Of a DNA stretch of 64,000 nt, positions 40,156 through 49,824 are shown in pieces. Both the position numbers and the translations under genes were made by a program. This DNA comes from a virus: positions 22,305 through 86,304 of IMG/VR virus record IMGVR_UViG_3300023184_000072, one strand, 5' to 3'. A model generated the notes under the pieces. The model had not been told where the DNA came from, made no database searches, and saw only the letters and a program-made list of their open reading frames with translations. Position 1 is the stretch's first letter. The number at the start of each line of letters is the position of its first letter.

Positions 40156-42099
40156 TTATAATGCTGTTGTTGTTGTTGTTGTAGTACAAGGTGTAGAATC
40201 TTTAATATATGCATTGCTAAGAACTAATGTTGATGCATTCATACATCCTGTTGGTTCTGTACCTCCTCCTGTAACTGTTCCAGATATAGGAGCTCCATTA
40301 CAATCAAATCCTGTCCAAGACCCTGATGGAGAATTTCCTTGTACTAAATAATTAATACAATCTACAACAGTTGTGGTTGTAGTGGTAGTTATACAAGAAG
40401 GGAAGTCAACAATCACACTATTAATAATTTGAACTACAACCCATATACCATCGTAATCAATTTGGTAATATCCATCAAGTCCTGCTAATGTACATCCAGT
40501 AGATCCTGCATAAGCTACATCGCCTAATTCTGGATATTCCTGATTCCAATGTACTATATAAGATGAGGTTATTGTACAACTAGCATCTTGTAAACAAGCA
40601 GCAGCATCACATGCATCAACTAAGAAACTACCTGAATCAGGAATAGTGTTAGTACCATTCACCACTGTACCAGTAAATGGATGAGGGATAGCAGCATTAC
40701 ATGTAGTTGATGTAGTAGTTGTAGATGTTGATGATGTTGATGTGCTAGTTGAACTAGAACTAGTAGTTGTTGTTGATGTACAATCAGGACAATAGTTTTG
40801 AACAAATCCTGTACCAAGAGTTGCAATATTTGTTAATTCAGTATATGCATACAATTTAATTTTAATTTGCCAATATTCAAAAAGAGTGTTGCATTCAAAA
40901 TTATCTCTTGTCATTAACATAGGATATTGCCAAGTATATAATCCTGTAGGATATATTTTAAGACTAGGTGCAACAATTGTTCCATTATATTCTATTTGCA
41001 ATCCTGCAACAGGTGTAACACTAAAAATTTCTACATATTCAATTTCACTCCATAAAATAGTTGGAATAAACATACCAGTAATAATTTGAGGGGAAGGAAG
41101 AGGATATGAGAATGGATAATCTAATACACTACATCCATCTTCTACAGTAGCTTGATATTCTGATGATATATTACGTATTGGAGGAGGAACTGAAGTGGTA
41201 GTAGTAGATGTAGTAGAACTTGATGTACTAGTTGTTGTTGATGTAGAACTAGTTGTAGTAGATGTTGTTACTGGATCACAATGTCCAACACGACAATCTA
41301 CTCCCACTGTAATTAATACAAGTGGATCACTAGCAAATCCTTGAGATCCACAAATTTTTATAACTTCATTAGAGAATATTTCTACAGGACCACTAGGATC
41401 GTTGTTACAATCTATGTAAGTTATTATATGAGTATCAACATCTCTATTGTTAAATGTTAAACATTCACATGGATATAATACTGTTGTTGTAGATGTTGTA
41501 GTTGAACTACTAGTAGATGTTGTTGTAGAAGTGCCACAAGGACCATTTGGTGTTACAATCACTGTACCTGGAACTGTAAGAGGACTATCTGTTACAACAC
41601 AAATATTTGTGTCTCCTGGTAATAATACAACAGCTTCTTGTAAATGTGTAATACAATCAGTAATAATTATACCTACTGCTATATCTCCTGTATTATTTAA
41701 TGAGAAGCTTTCACAAGGATTTAATGTAGTAGAAGTGGTTGTTGTAGTTACACAACATACATCTAATGTATTGTATATGTTTGTTATATCATTATTAATA
41801 ATTAATATTTCTGTAGTGATATTATTAACTTGAGTCTGTAATGTAGTTATTTGACCAAGTAATGTACAGATAATTTGATCTATCTTCTGTAATATTACAT
41901 TGAGTGTATCACATGGTTCAGCAATTATACATGGTAGGTTAGGACCATTATAAATAACATTACTAGACAAAATTACATTAGTTCCACATGGATCATTACT
42001 TCCACAACCACTATTAGTGATTGTAGAACTACATCCACAAGGACTATTTAAAACTACATCTGTGCAGCAAGGACTAACTGGTAAATAAGGATATGCCAT
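40156..42099 (-). CDS. Putative fibre protein (647 aa), Cys domains separated by poly-Thr linkers
   Basis: N-terminal domain paralogous to the 485-aa protein; six Thr tracts. Confidence 0.65.
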   Translation of the reverse strand: MAYPYLPVSPCCTDVVLNSPCGCSSTITNSGCGSNDPCGTNVILSSNVIYNGPNLPCIIAEPCDTLNVILQKIDQIICTLLGQITTLQTQVNNITTEILIINNDITNIYNTLDVCCVTTTTTSTTLNPCESFSLNNTGDIAVGIIITDCITHLQEAVVLLPGDTNICVVTDSPLTVPGTVIVTPNGPCGTSTTTSTSSSTTTSTTTVLYPCECLTFNNRDVDTHIITYIDCNNDPSGPVEIFSNEVIKICGSQGFASDPLVLITVGVDCRVGHCDPVTTSTTTSSTSTTTSTSSSTTSTTTTSVPPPIRNISSEYQATVEDGCSVLDYPFSYPLPSPQIITGMFIPTILWSEIEYVEIFSVTPVAGLQIEYNGTIVAPSLKIYPTGLYTWQYPMLMTRDNFECNTLFEYWQIKIKLYAYTELTNIATLGTGFVQNYCPDCTSTTTTSSSSTSTSTSSTSTTTTSTTCNAAIPHPFTGTVVNGTNTIPDSGSFLVDACDAAACLQDASCTITSSYIVHWNQEYPELGDVAYAGSTGCTLAGLDGYYQIDYDGIWVVVQIINSVIVDFPSCITTTTTTTVVDCINYLVQGNSPSGSWTGFDCNGAPISGTVTGGGTEPTGCMNASTLVLSNAYIKDSTPCTTTTTTTAL

Positions 42100-42112
42100 T
42101 TTTTTTAATTTA

Positions 42113-43231
42113 TTAAACTGGTCTGTATTGAATATAGTAACAAGCTGTCACTGGTTGAATATTTGCATGAGGAAGTCCTCCACCATCTGGTCCAGCTACA
42201 TTAGTTATTGTTGCTAAAATATTAGCAGTTCCTGTATTTGTAGTTTGTGTTCCTTTTGTAAAATATTGTCCTGATCCATCATTAGGTATTGCATTATAAG
42301 CATATACTGCAGCATCTGTTATAGTGTGTGTATGTCCTTGATCTATTACTGAAATAGTGTTAGCATGTGTATGTAATGGAATTTGTGTAGATGTAAGTGT
42401 TATTTGATTTGCACCAGCAATATCATAAAGACTATAATTTGGATTAGCAGGACTAATAGCAGGATCTACAATAGGATTAAGTACTCCTCCAGGAACACCA
42501 ACAATAGCACCAACTAGTGCTCTACCTCTTAAATCAGGAGCTACATTACCATTACATAAATATATTTTACTCCAATTTTCTCCTGTAGTTGATGTTAAAT
42601 TTAATCCAGCTCCTTGAGAATCAAAATTAGTTAATGGTCCAAAATATGGAAGTACAGAATAAGGAACCATTCTATTACTAATAAGATTAGCATTACCACT
42701 AGTATTTAAATAGTCTTGAATTAATACATCAAGATCTGCAATAGCTACATATGTATTAGGAAGATCAATTAACAATTGTAGAAATTGAGAATTTAATGCA
42801 CAAAGTTTAGTTATTACAGCTTGTAACACTTGATGTGTTATAGAGTTTCCAGCACCCACTGTAAGACATCCTGTTGTATAAGGAGCTTCTATATCAGCAA
42901 CAACTGCTCCTAATATATCTATTTGTTCTTGAAGATCACAAACAGATTTTATAATAGCTGATAATATTTCATTTAATGTAAATCCTGTACAAGTTGTACA
43001 TGTAGGAAGATTAGCTCTTACAAGATTACAAATAATATTATCATCTATAACTGGTTTAATTCCTACACCATTTAATACTGGAACAAGAAAATTTACAATT
43101 GAAGCTTCTACATGAGATAATGTATCTCCTGTAGTGATTCCTAATTCAGGAACATCTATTCCTGTATATCTAACACATCTGTCAGAGATAATCTCTGTAC
43201 ATCCGTTAAAACAATTTGAGCAATTGGACAT
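42113..43231 (-). CDS. Tail fibre protein with phage tail-collar-type domain (likely start MSNCSNC)
   Basis: LCNGNVAPDLRGRALVG..QITLTSTQIPLHTH..HANIQP..YYI. Confidence 0.75.
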   Translation of the reverse strand: MSNCSNCFNGCTEIISDRCVRYTGIDVPELGITTGDTLSHVEASIVNFLVPVLNGVGIKPVIDDNIICNLVRANLPTCTTCTGFTLNEILSAIIKSVCDLQEQIDILGAVVADIEAPYTTGCLTVGAGNSITHQVLQAVITKLCALNSQFLQLLIDLPNTYVAIADLDVLIQDYLNTSGNANLISNRMVPYSVLPYFGPLTNFDSQGAGLNLTSTTGENWSKIYLCNGNVAPDLRGRALVGAIVGVPGGVLNPIVDPAISPANPNYSLYDIAGANQITLTSTQIPLHTHANTISVIDQGHTHTITDAAVYAYNAIPNDGSGQYFTKGTQTTNTGTANILATITNVAGPDGGGLPHANIQPVTACYYIQYRPV

Positions 43232-43251
43232 ATTTTTTATTTTAAAAAGGT

Positions 43252-44358
43252 TTATATACAAATATTTACTGTTGCAATATTACCTACAGGACAACCATTA
43301 TAAATAACAGTACCGTCAGGTTTACTAATTCTAGTCCATGTAACATTTTCATGTGGGAGTACATCAACATCACATGTAACATTATAAGTTATCATTGTAG
43401 GAACTAGTTCAAATTGAATACTACAATGTCCTGGATATGCACTTGCTATATCAATAGCTTGTTGTCCAGAGATAGTCATTTCACTATATCTTGATCCACC
43501 ACTAGGAACTGTTTCTCCAGTCCAAGTACCTCCAGTTAAAGCAGCAGGATAATTTGAATAATCTACACAAGTAAATTTACCTGATTGAGTTTCAACCCCT
43601 GGTCCACCTGCATTTAGATTATTCATTAATGAATCACCTATATATACATTATTACCTGTCACTTCAAAGAATCCTCTATCACATGTATGTGCACTTATTT
43701 GAAATGGACATGGATGATCATAGTTAGATGGAAGTTTATTTAAGTCATTTTGTGAACGAATATATATAGTTTCTATTTTAAGTCCTGTTAGTTTTTGTAT
43801 AATAATATTATTATTTATAGTGGTAGAACTAGTTGTTGTGCTACTACTTGTACTTGTTGTAGAAGTACTACTTGTACTAGTTGTGGTACAACCAGGACAT
43901 AATGTTGTAGAACTAGTAGTTGTAGTACAACGAGGACATAATGTTGTACTAGTAGAACTTGTTGTACTAGTAGTAGGTATATATGGAGGTCTAGGTCTAA
44001 ATGTAGTGGTGGTAGTAGTGGTAGGGTTAGGAACTATTGTAACATTACAAGGAACCTCTTTACAAGGTATTGGTTCATTACATCTACTAACACATCCTAC
44101 AGTAAGACGTATAACTCTACTAGCTATCATGTTTATTGTATATCTACCAGCGTAATTTGGGTTTATATATTTATATTGTAATATTCTTCTATATCCTATT
44201 AACTGAAGAATGTCATCAGCAGGAACAGGTTTGTTCAACATATATGAAATATTGTTGTACAAATTATTACCAAGCTCTGCTAACTTGCAATCTATTTTTC
44301 TAAGTAAAGAAGGAATGTTAGCACATTCTGGACAATTAGTTAATCTTGGTGATAACAT
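43252..44358 (-). CDS. Cys-rich virion protein with poly-Thr stalk (368 aa)
   Basis: ORF track; contains repeated TTLCPxCTTT. Confidence 0.65.
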   Translation of the reverse strand: MLSPRLTNCPECANIPSLLRKIDCKLAELGNNLYNNISYMLNKPVPADDILQLIGYRRILQYKYINPNYAGRYTINMIASRVIRLTVGCVSRCNEPIPCKEVPCNVTIVPNPTTTTTTTFRPRPPYIPTTSTTSSTSTTLCPRCTTTTSSTTLCPGCTTTSTSSTSTTSTSSSTTTSSTTINNNIIIQKLTGLKIETIYIRSQNDLNKLPSNYDHPCPFQISAHTCDRGFFEVTGNNVYIGDSLMNNLNAGGPGVETQSGKFTCVDYSNYPAALTGGTWTGETVPSGGSRYSEMTISGQQAIDIASAYPGHCSIQFELVPTMITYNVTCDVDVLPHENVTWTRISKPDGTVIYNGCPVGNIATVNICI

Positions 44359-44370
44359 AATATCTATTTT

Positions 44371-44466
44371 TTATTTATTCACTTTAGATGCACAGTGTCC
44401 ACATAACCCATTGGTTAGTTGACATCCACACCCTACATTAGCTCCGCAACCTGAACATTGTGCCAT
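44371..44466 (-). CDS. 31-aa Cys-rich mini-protein (absent from the ORF track)
   Basis: MAQCSGCGANVGCGCQLTNGLCGHCASKVNK; fills the gap between two genes. Confidence 0.7.
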   Translation of the reverse strand: MAQCSGCGANVGCGCQLTNGLCGHCASKVNK

Positions 44467-44468
44467 AA

Positions 44469-45032
44469 TTAATAAAAGTTTATTAGGTAGTTATTACCAG
44501 AACAACCACAGTTAGATCTTAAGAAACCATCTAACATATTATCTGCTTGAGCATATAATGTATTAGACTCATATTCTGCGCAGTTATTAGCTGCTGCAAT
44601 AGCTCCTTGTATAAAGAAGTTAATTGTATTTAATTGTACACTAGATTGTGTTTTAAGTGCTCTGTCACACTCCATCATATTTAATTGTAAAAACGCATTG
44701 TCAAACTTCTCTTGAAGTCTATCAACACGTAATATTGTTTTCTCTACATAATTCTGATATGCAGGAGCAACAGAATATCTTAATCTATACACTCCATCAG
44801 GGAGTGGTTGATTACAACCAGGATCTGTAATTCCTAAATTAGAAGATGTAAATACATTTAATTGGTTAGGAACAAATGGTAATATTTTAGTTCCGAATCC
44901 TGGTATTTCAATCTCAATAGTAGGTGCAGAGACCACTGGAGGATTAGTAGGATATACAGAAGCATCTGCAACACCAAGAGTATTAACATCGTAGGTAGGT
45001 ACTACTAGTATATCTAATTGTAAGTTTGCCAT
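44469..45032 (-). CDS. Putative tail hub/structural protein (187 aa)
   Basis: LPDGVYRLRYSV Ig-like strand followed by a helical C-terminus; synteny. Confidence 0.5.
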   Translation of the reverse strand: MANLQLDILVVPTYDVNTLGVADASVYPTNPPVVSAPTIEIEIPGFGTKILPFVPNQLNVFTSSNLGITDPGCNQPLPDGVYRLRYSVAPAYQNYVEKTILRVDRLQEKFDNAFLQLNMMECDRALKTQSSVQLNTINFFIQGAIAAANNCAEYESNTLYAQADNMLDGFLRSNCGCSGNNYLINFY

Positions 45033-45048
45033 GTTTGTTTTAAATAAT

Positions 45049-45092
45049 TATGCCAGAGGAATATGAGATTTATCCTCTTTCCCCTGGCATAG
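45049..45092 (-). terminator. Hairpin/terminator after the 397-aa gene
   Basis: TATGCCAG..CTGGCATA stem. Confidence 0.5.
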
Positions 45093-45120
45093 GTTATTAA
45101 TATTTATCTACTGTTTATTC

Positions 45121-46314
45121 TTAAGGAATTTGAGTAGAAGTAGTAGTTGTAGTTGATGGAGCAGCAGTAGAAGTAGTTGTTGTAGTTGTAATACAAGGAA
45201 TACCTTGATCTACTACATCTCCTAAAGCAGCTTCTAAGATTGCTTCAAATGAAGCAGTAAGATCGTAACCACCTTGAGGAACAGCAAGAATCACTGTAGA
45301 ATCTTCCATAATATAATCACCCCATTGGTACTCAGATTTGTTGTACTCATTAAATCTGATATAGAATGTGTTATAGATAGCACCATCAGATACCCAAGAC
45401 TCAAAGTTCTCGTTATATCCATTCATTCTATATAAATGTTTCAAGTAACCAGCTTGGTAGCTGTAGAAGTTTTTCTCTAATTGAGCAATTTCTGCAGATG
45501 TACCAGTAGCATAAGAAGCACGTTGAGTGATGATAGGTTGAGCAACAAAGTTACAAGCATCAGCAACAATAAAGTCAGCAGTGGTAGCAGGACCAGCATA
45601 TACAAAAGTTCTGAAAGACATTCTATCATATTCAAATGGGAACGCTGCAATATCACAAGGTTGTCCATATTGAGTTAATGGTTTTCCTGTAATACGTAAA
45701 ATTGTACCACCTACATTTTCAAATGTAAAGAATGTGTTGAAGCTAATGTTATCAGGGTTGTTACCTGGAGCAGCTTGTCTTAATTTAGCAATCAATAAGT
45801 CAATGATAGTGTTATCACTTACATCATCACATGGATTATCTGCACAGTTACAACAAGGAGCTTGTATAGTTACTGAACGTGTAAATCCATTAAAATACAA
45901 TGTATCAATGTAAGAAGAGTGAGCACGTAAAGTTAACGTGATACTTTCTCCACATTGTACAGTGAAATTAGTTACATCTGTAATTTGATTAGCAGCAGTT
46001 GGACATCCTGATACTTTGTACCATTCTGTTACATTAGAGTTTTTTGCTATAATAGTTTCAGCACTACCTGTTAATACTGTACTAGCAACACCAATTTTGT
46101 CAGATCTTTTTGATCCTTGAAGATAAGTGTTTGTTCTACCTTGAGCTATGTAAAAGTACGGAGCACTTTTGATAGTGGTACTAGTTACAGTAGCATACAA
46201 GTTGTTAAAGATTCCCACAGTACCTGCAGTTAGGTTTTGTGTTGAGCCAGAGCTAGGGACAGCATCCTGCCCTACTGGAACCACGAATAACGTGGTTAAT
46301 GAAAAATCAGCCAT
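45121..46314 (-). CDS. Abundant structural (auxiliary capsid/decoration-type) protein with poly-Thr C-terminus (397 aa)
   Basis: Near MCP, followed by a hairpin, codon usage like MCP. Confidence 0.55.
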   Translation of the reverse strand: MADFSLTTLFVVPVGQDAVPSSGSTQNLTAGTVGIFNNLYATVTSTTIKSAPYFYIAQGRTNTYLQGSKRSDKIGVASTVLTGSAETIIAKNSNVTEWYKVSGCPTAANQITDVTNFTVQCGESITLTLRAHSSYIDTLYFNGFTRSVTIQAPCCNCADNPCDDVSDNTIIDLLIAKLRQAAPGNNPDNISFNTFFTFENVGGTILRITGKPLTQYGQPCDIAAFPFEYDRMSFRTFVYAGPATTADFIVADACNFVAQPIITQRASYATGTSAEIAQLEKNFYSYQAGYLKHLYRMNGYNENFESWVSDGAIYNTFYIRFNEYNKSEYQWGDYIMEDSTVILAVPQGGYDLTASFEAILEAALGDVVDQGIPCITTTTTTSTAAPSTTTTTSTQIP

Positions 46315-46339
46315 TTTGTTTATTTATTAAGTTAATAGT

Positions 46340-47071
46340 TTATTCGTTTGTTTGTATTCTGTAAGCTGCACTTTGTACAGCAGATTGATTTTCAGTATAC
46401 ATTGCTAAGTTTTGAACTGTTAAATCTAAAAGTTCATCTTCTAGATATGTTTCAAGTTCACAATCAGCATCATATGATGGCTCTCCATCCATCATGATAT
46501 ACCCTGTTTTATTTATATACACTGGGTATCTCATGTACATAATCTGTATATTCTTAGGTGTGAATGTACCATCTGTGAATATACTGATTTCATCTGATGC
46601 TAAGAAGTTAAATGTTTCTTGGTATTCAAATGAAGGTTTATAATGATCATTGTTTAATATAAACTGAAGATCACCATGTTTAGCAAGATCTCGATTAATC
46701 CAAATCTTTCTATCTTTACATCTTCCTTTGTCTGCTAGAACATAACTATCTACATAGAACATATATCTTGGCTCAAGTAGATGAACATTAGCAGCCCATT
46801 GGTTTAGATCAGCATCTTTAAGCGTTAATATTAAAGGTTGATGATTATAATTCATTACAAGACTCTGTAAGTCTTCATAACGTTTTTTAAATGAATCAAG
46901 CCCTAACTGATTAGCAGAACTAATTCCATCAACTTTTTGTTTTATCAACTTAATCTGAGCTTCATTCAGAGCTAAGATTTTGTCTTCTAATTGAATCTGT
47001 TGATGCTCATTAGTTGATAGCTTATTCAATCTTTGGTCAATCTTGTATAATAAACTATCTACTTGTATCAT
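46340..47071 (-). CDS. Conserved crAss-like head-tail ring protein (243 aa)
   Basis: Second gene downstream of MCP; LNEAQ and Y.RYP motifs. Confidence 0.6.
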   Translation of the reverse strand: MIQVDSLLYKIDQRLNKLSTNEHQQIQLEDKILALNEAQIKLIKQKVDGISSANQLGLDSFKKRYEDLQSLVMNYNHQPLILTLKDADLNQWAANVHLLEPRYMFYVDSYVLADKGRCKDRKIWINRDLAKHGDLQFILNNDHYKPSFEYQETFNFLASDEISIFTDGTFTPKNIQIMYMRYPVYINKTGYIMMDGEPSYDADCELETYLEDELLDLTVQNLAMYTENQSAVQSAAYRIQTNE

Positions 47072-47099
47072 ATGCTTTTATATTTTTAAAACTAGCCTC

Positions 47100-48068
47100 T
47101 TAAATAGAAGCTAGTTTTTTAGTTTTTAATTTACCTTCTAATGTCAATAACTCATCTTGGTTATCATCATCTGCAAGGAATTTAATTAAATCATCTTCAT
47201 CTTTAGCTATTTCAAACTCACCTTCATAAACCTTACCGTTAGGTTTGATTCTATAAACTGAATGTGCTACAGCTTGTTTTACTAAATCTTTAATATGGAG
47301 TAAGGCTTCTTTCATATCAGCAAATCTATTAAAAACTTCAACTGGATTCAATCCTGAATATTTACCATTCTTGAATTCTGTTTGTTTCAATACATTATCT
47401 ACTAAGTTGTATACCACTTCTTCTTTTGAATCTTCTGAAACTGGAAGTCCTAAAAGTCTTGCAACTTTACGTTTCTTCTCAGGAGTCATACTATCAAACT
47501 TAACAATTGCTTTATTAATTAATTGTTTTTTCTTGAAGATCACTGCATTCTCTATCTCATCATCAACAACATAAAATTGTGTATCTGCTGGATATTCTCC
47601 TCTTTCCCAAGATTGGTAAGAAGATGCAATTGTTGGATGTACTCTCAACCATGAAAAGGCTATCTCTTGAAAAGGAACTGATAGATCAAAATAATTATCA
47701 CCATCTAATAACTTTACTGCTTGTACGTGTGTTTGGTCATCTGTTGAAGTTGATAATCCATAGTTCCAGAATTTAGAACGTGGACCAAGATCGATATCAC
47801 CAATCTCATCTTCAAGTCTTTTTTTAAGATTAGTCACTCTTTCAATTTCCAATTCTTTTTCAAGTGGATCTTGAATACGTTTAATGTAAGTAGCATCTGG
47901 ATCTAATCCTGTTCTATACTTACCATCTAATTCTTTGTAAGGATATTTAAAAACTCCTGTACCAGGAATTCTTGTCATACCTTTTTGCGATAATCCACTA
48001 TCCATTGTTTGAAGTTGTGAATTGTTGTACTCACGTTTTATCGTAGAGATTTTACCTGTCTTACCCAT
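47100..48068 (-). CDS. Conserved crAss-like protein downstream of MCP (322 aa)
   Basis: Synteny; YRTGLD motif. Confidence 0.6.
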   Translation of the reverse strand: MGKTGKISTIKREYNNSQLQTMDSGLSQKGMTRIPGTGVFKYPYKELDGKYRTGLDPDATYIKRIQDPLEKELEIERVTNLKKRLEDEIGDIDLGPRSKFWNYGLSTSTDDQTHVQAVKLLDGDNYFDLSVPFQEIAFSWLRVHPTIASSYQSWERGEYPADTQFYVVDDEIENAVIFKKKQLINKAIVKFDSMTPEKKRKVARLLGLPVSEDSKEEVVYNLVDNVLKQTEFKNGKYSGLNPVEVFNRFADMKEALLHIKDLVKQAVAHSVYRIKPNGKVYEGEFEIAKDEDDLIKFLADDDNQDELLTLEGKLKTKKLASI

Positions 48069-48173
48069 ATGTAGTTAATTTAATAATTTGGTTTATTTTA
48101 GTAGAGTGTTCCAATTGAATGGAATGCAATACAGACATGAAGTCTAGTATTCATCACTCTGGGGTTGAGAATC

Positions 48174-48207
48174 ATCCCCTCTAGGAGGGAGAGGAGGTGA
48201 GGGGATT
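48174..48207 (-). terminator. GC-rich hairpin after MCP
   Basis: ATCCCCTC..GAGGGGAT. Confidence 0.55.
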
Positions 48208-48225
48208 TTTCTCGAATTCTTATTC

Positions 48226-49788
48226 TTAGAATTGTGGGATTTCCTCGATCAACACAGTTCTTGATAAATCTTCAATGAATACATCACATCTGTCTTTCAT
48301 CCAGATTTCGTATCCTGGGAATTTGTTAGCACTTGACATACCTTGAGATTTAGCAAAACCTAAGTGGTGACGAGTACCATCAATATAACCCCATGTCATA
48401 GAAGGAGCACCTTTCATTCTCACTTCTCTAATGTTATTCACCATTGAACCATCAGACATTGGAGAAACATCAAACACCATAAATACTGGAGTAGATTTTT
48501 TGTTTTGTCCAAACTCTAAGTTAGTTTGTGGTAAATCTAATTCTTTTAAGTGAATCAATTCAACTCTACCAGTCTCACGAGTTACCATTGCATCAAATGC
48601 AAAGTTGTAAGTGATATGTTGTCCTTCACCTTGCATATATCTGTTTCCAGAATCAGCCATGAAAGTAAGACCAGAGTTTAATGCATCTGTTTTTAAAGCT
48701 TGTTGGAATACATCAAATCCAGCTTCATTAGTATACATTTTTACACTTCTGTCTTTAACATCCACTCTTCTGTAGAATAAATCTCCAAATACTGAACGGA
48801 TTAAGTTAGCAGAGAATTCACCTCTGTTATATTGTACCAAGTTTCCATTGTTACGCATTCTGTGGTATACACCTGCAGATGTACGTTTCAATTCTTGTTT
48901 AGAACCATTAGTTTTAACTGTACCTGGTTTAGCCCAAATCATACGTTTAACTTTCAATTCTAACATTGATTTACGCATCCAGAATTCAATGAACGGTTCC
49001 CATTTAACATCATTACGAGTTAAAGGTAATTGGTTTCTTCTTTGTGGAGCATATACTAAGATGTCTAATGGCTTACCAGAAGAATCTCTCATCATTTTAT
49101 CATCAGCCCATTCAGTGATTTTGTGCTCATAACCATATGCAGAACCTAAAGATTCAAACATTGTGATTTGCTCACCTAATCTTGGAAGACCTAATAAGTC
49201 TTGATCAAACTCACCAATAGCAGCATCAACTAATTCTAGTTCAACACCATACTGTAAGAAGGTAGGATTAACAAAATCAATTGTTGGGTTATCAGTTACT
49301 AATGTAAATGAATACAAGTAACCCATGTTCCAAGGCACTGGATCTTTGATTACATAGAATCTAGGACCGTACTGACGAGTACCTACAGATATGATTGCAT
49401 TTTTAGAAAACTCATTAGTATCTAATACTAAAGTGAATTCTTGACCATCAATACCTGTCTTACCAGCATCAATTAATTCTTGCGTAGAAGCAGGAATGTC
49501 AATAATTTTTGGGAATTTGTAAGGAACAGCTATTTGCCATTTCCATGCATCACTATTATTATCAATGTAATAAGGTGTGCTTTTGTTGATCATGTCCAAA
49601 AAGTCATTACTGTACAATGAGCTCTGAGTATATAAAGAAATGATTTTCTTGTCATAATCTGCAGGCTCAGTAGAGTGAAAACTCTCTAAGTGATTGGAGT
49701 CTGTAAGTTTACCTACTGCACGCTTGTCCATAGAAGCTACTCTAGCGTAAGTAAAACCTGTTAACCCAGGGATTGTTTGAATTGCCAT
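48226..49788 (-). CDS. Major capsid protein (520 aa)
   Basis: Terminase-portal-scaffold-MCP order; size; high-expression codon bias (TTC/AAC/CGT). Confidence 0.85.
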   Translation of the reverse strand: MAIQTIPGLTGFTYARVASMDKRAVGKLTDSNHLESFHSTEPADYDKKIISLYTQSSLYSNDFLDMINKSTPYYIDNNSDAWKWQIAVPYKFPKIIDIPASTQELIDAGKTGIDGQEFTLVLDTNEFSKNAIISVGTRQYGPRFYVIKDPVPWNMGYLYSFTLVTDNPTIDFVNPTFLQYGVELELVDAAIGEFDQDLLGLPRLGEQITMFESLGSAYGYEHKITEWADDKMMRDSSGKPLDILVYAPQRRNQLPLTRNDVKWEPFIEFWMRKSMLELKVKRMIWAKPGTVKTNGSKQELKRTSAGVYHRMRNNGNLVQYNRGEFSANLIRSVFGDLFYRRVDVKDRSVKMYTNEAGFDVFQQALKTDALNSGLTFMADSGNRYMQGEGQHITYNFAFDAMVTRETGRVELIHLKELDLPQTNLEFGQNKKSTPVFMVFDVSPMSDGSMVNNIREVRMKGAPSMTWGYIDGTRHHLGFAKSQGMSSANKFPGYEIWMKDRCDVFIEDLSRTVLIEEIPQF

Positions 49789-49824
49789 TGTTATTCGTTT
49801 TTGTTAATTATTATTTATTTTTTG

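Noticed and set aside
38390-45190. GTAGTT/GTTGTA repeats as a CRISPR array, DGR or microsatellite
   Set aside because: They are degenerate Thr codons within ORFs; there is no constant repeat-spacer period and no reverse transcriptase or template/variable repeat pair
48103-48160. Hammerhead ribozyme (minus strand has GTGATGA in a three-way junction)
   Set aside because: Lacks the exact CUGANGA and GAAA core
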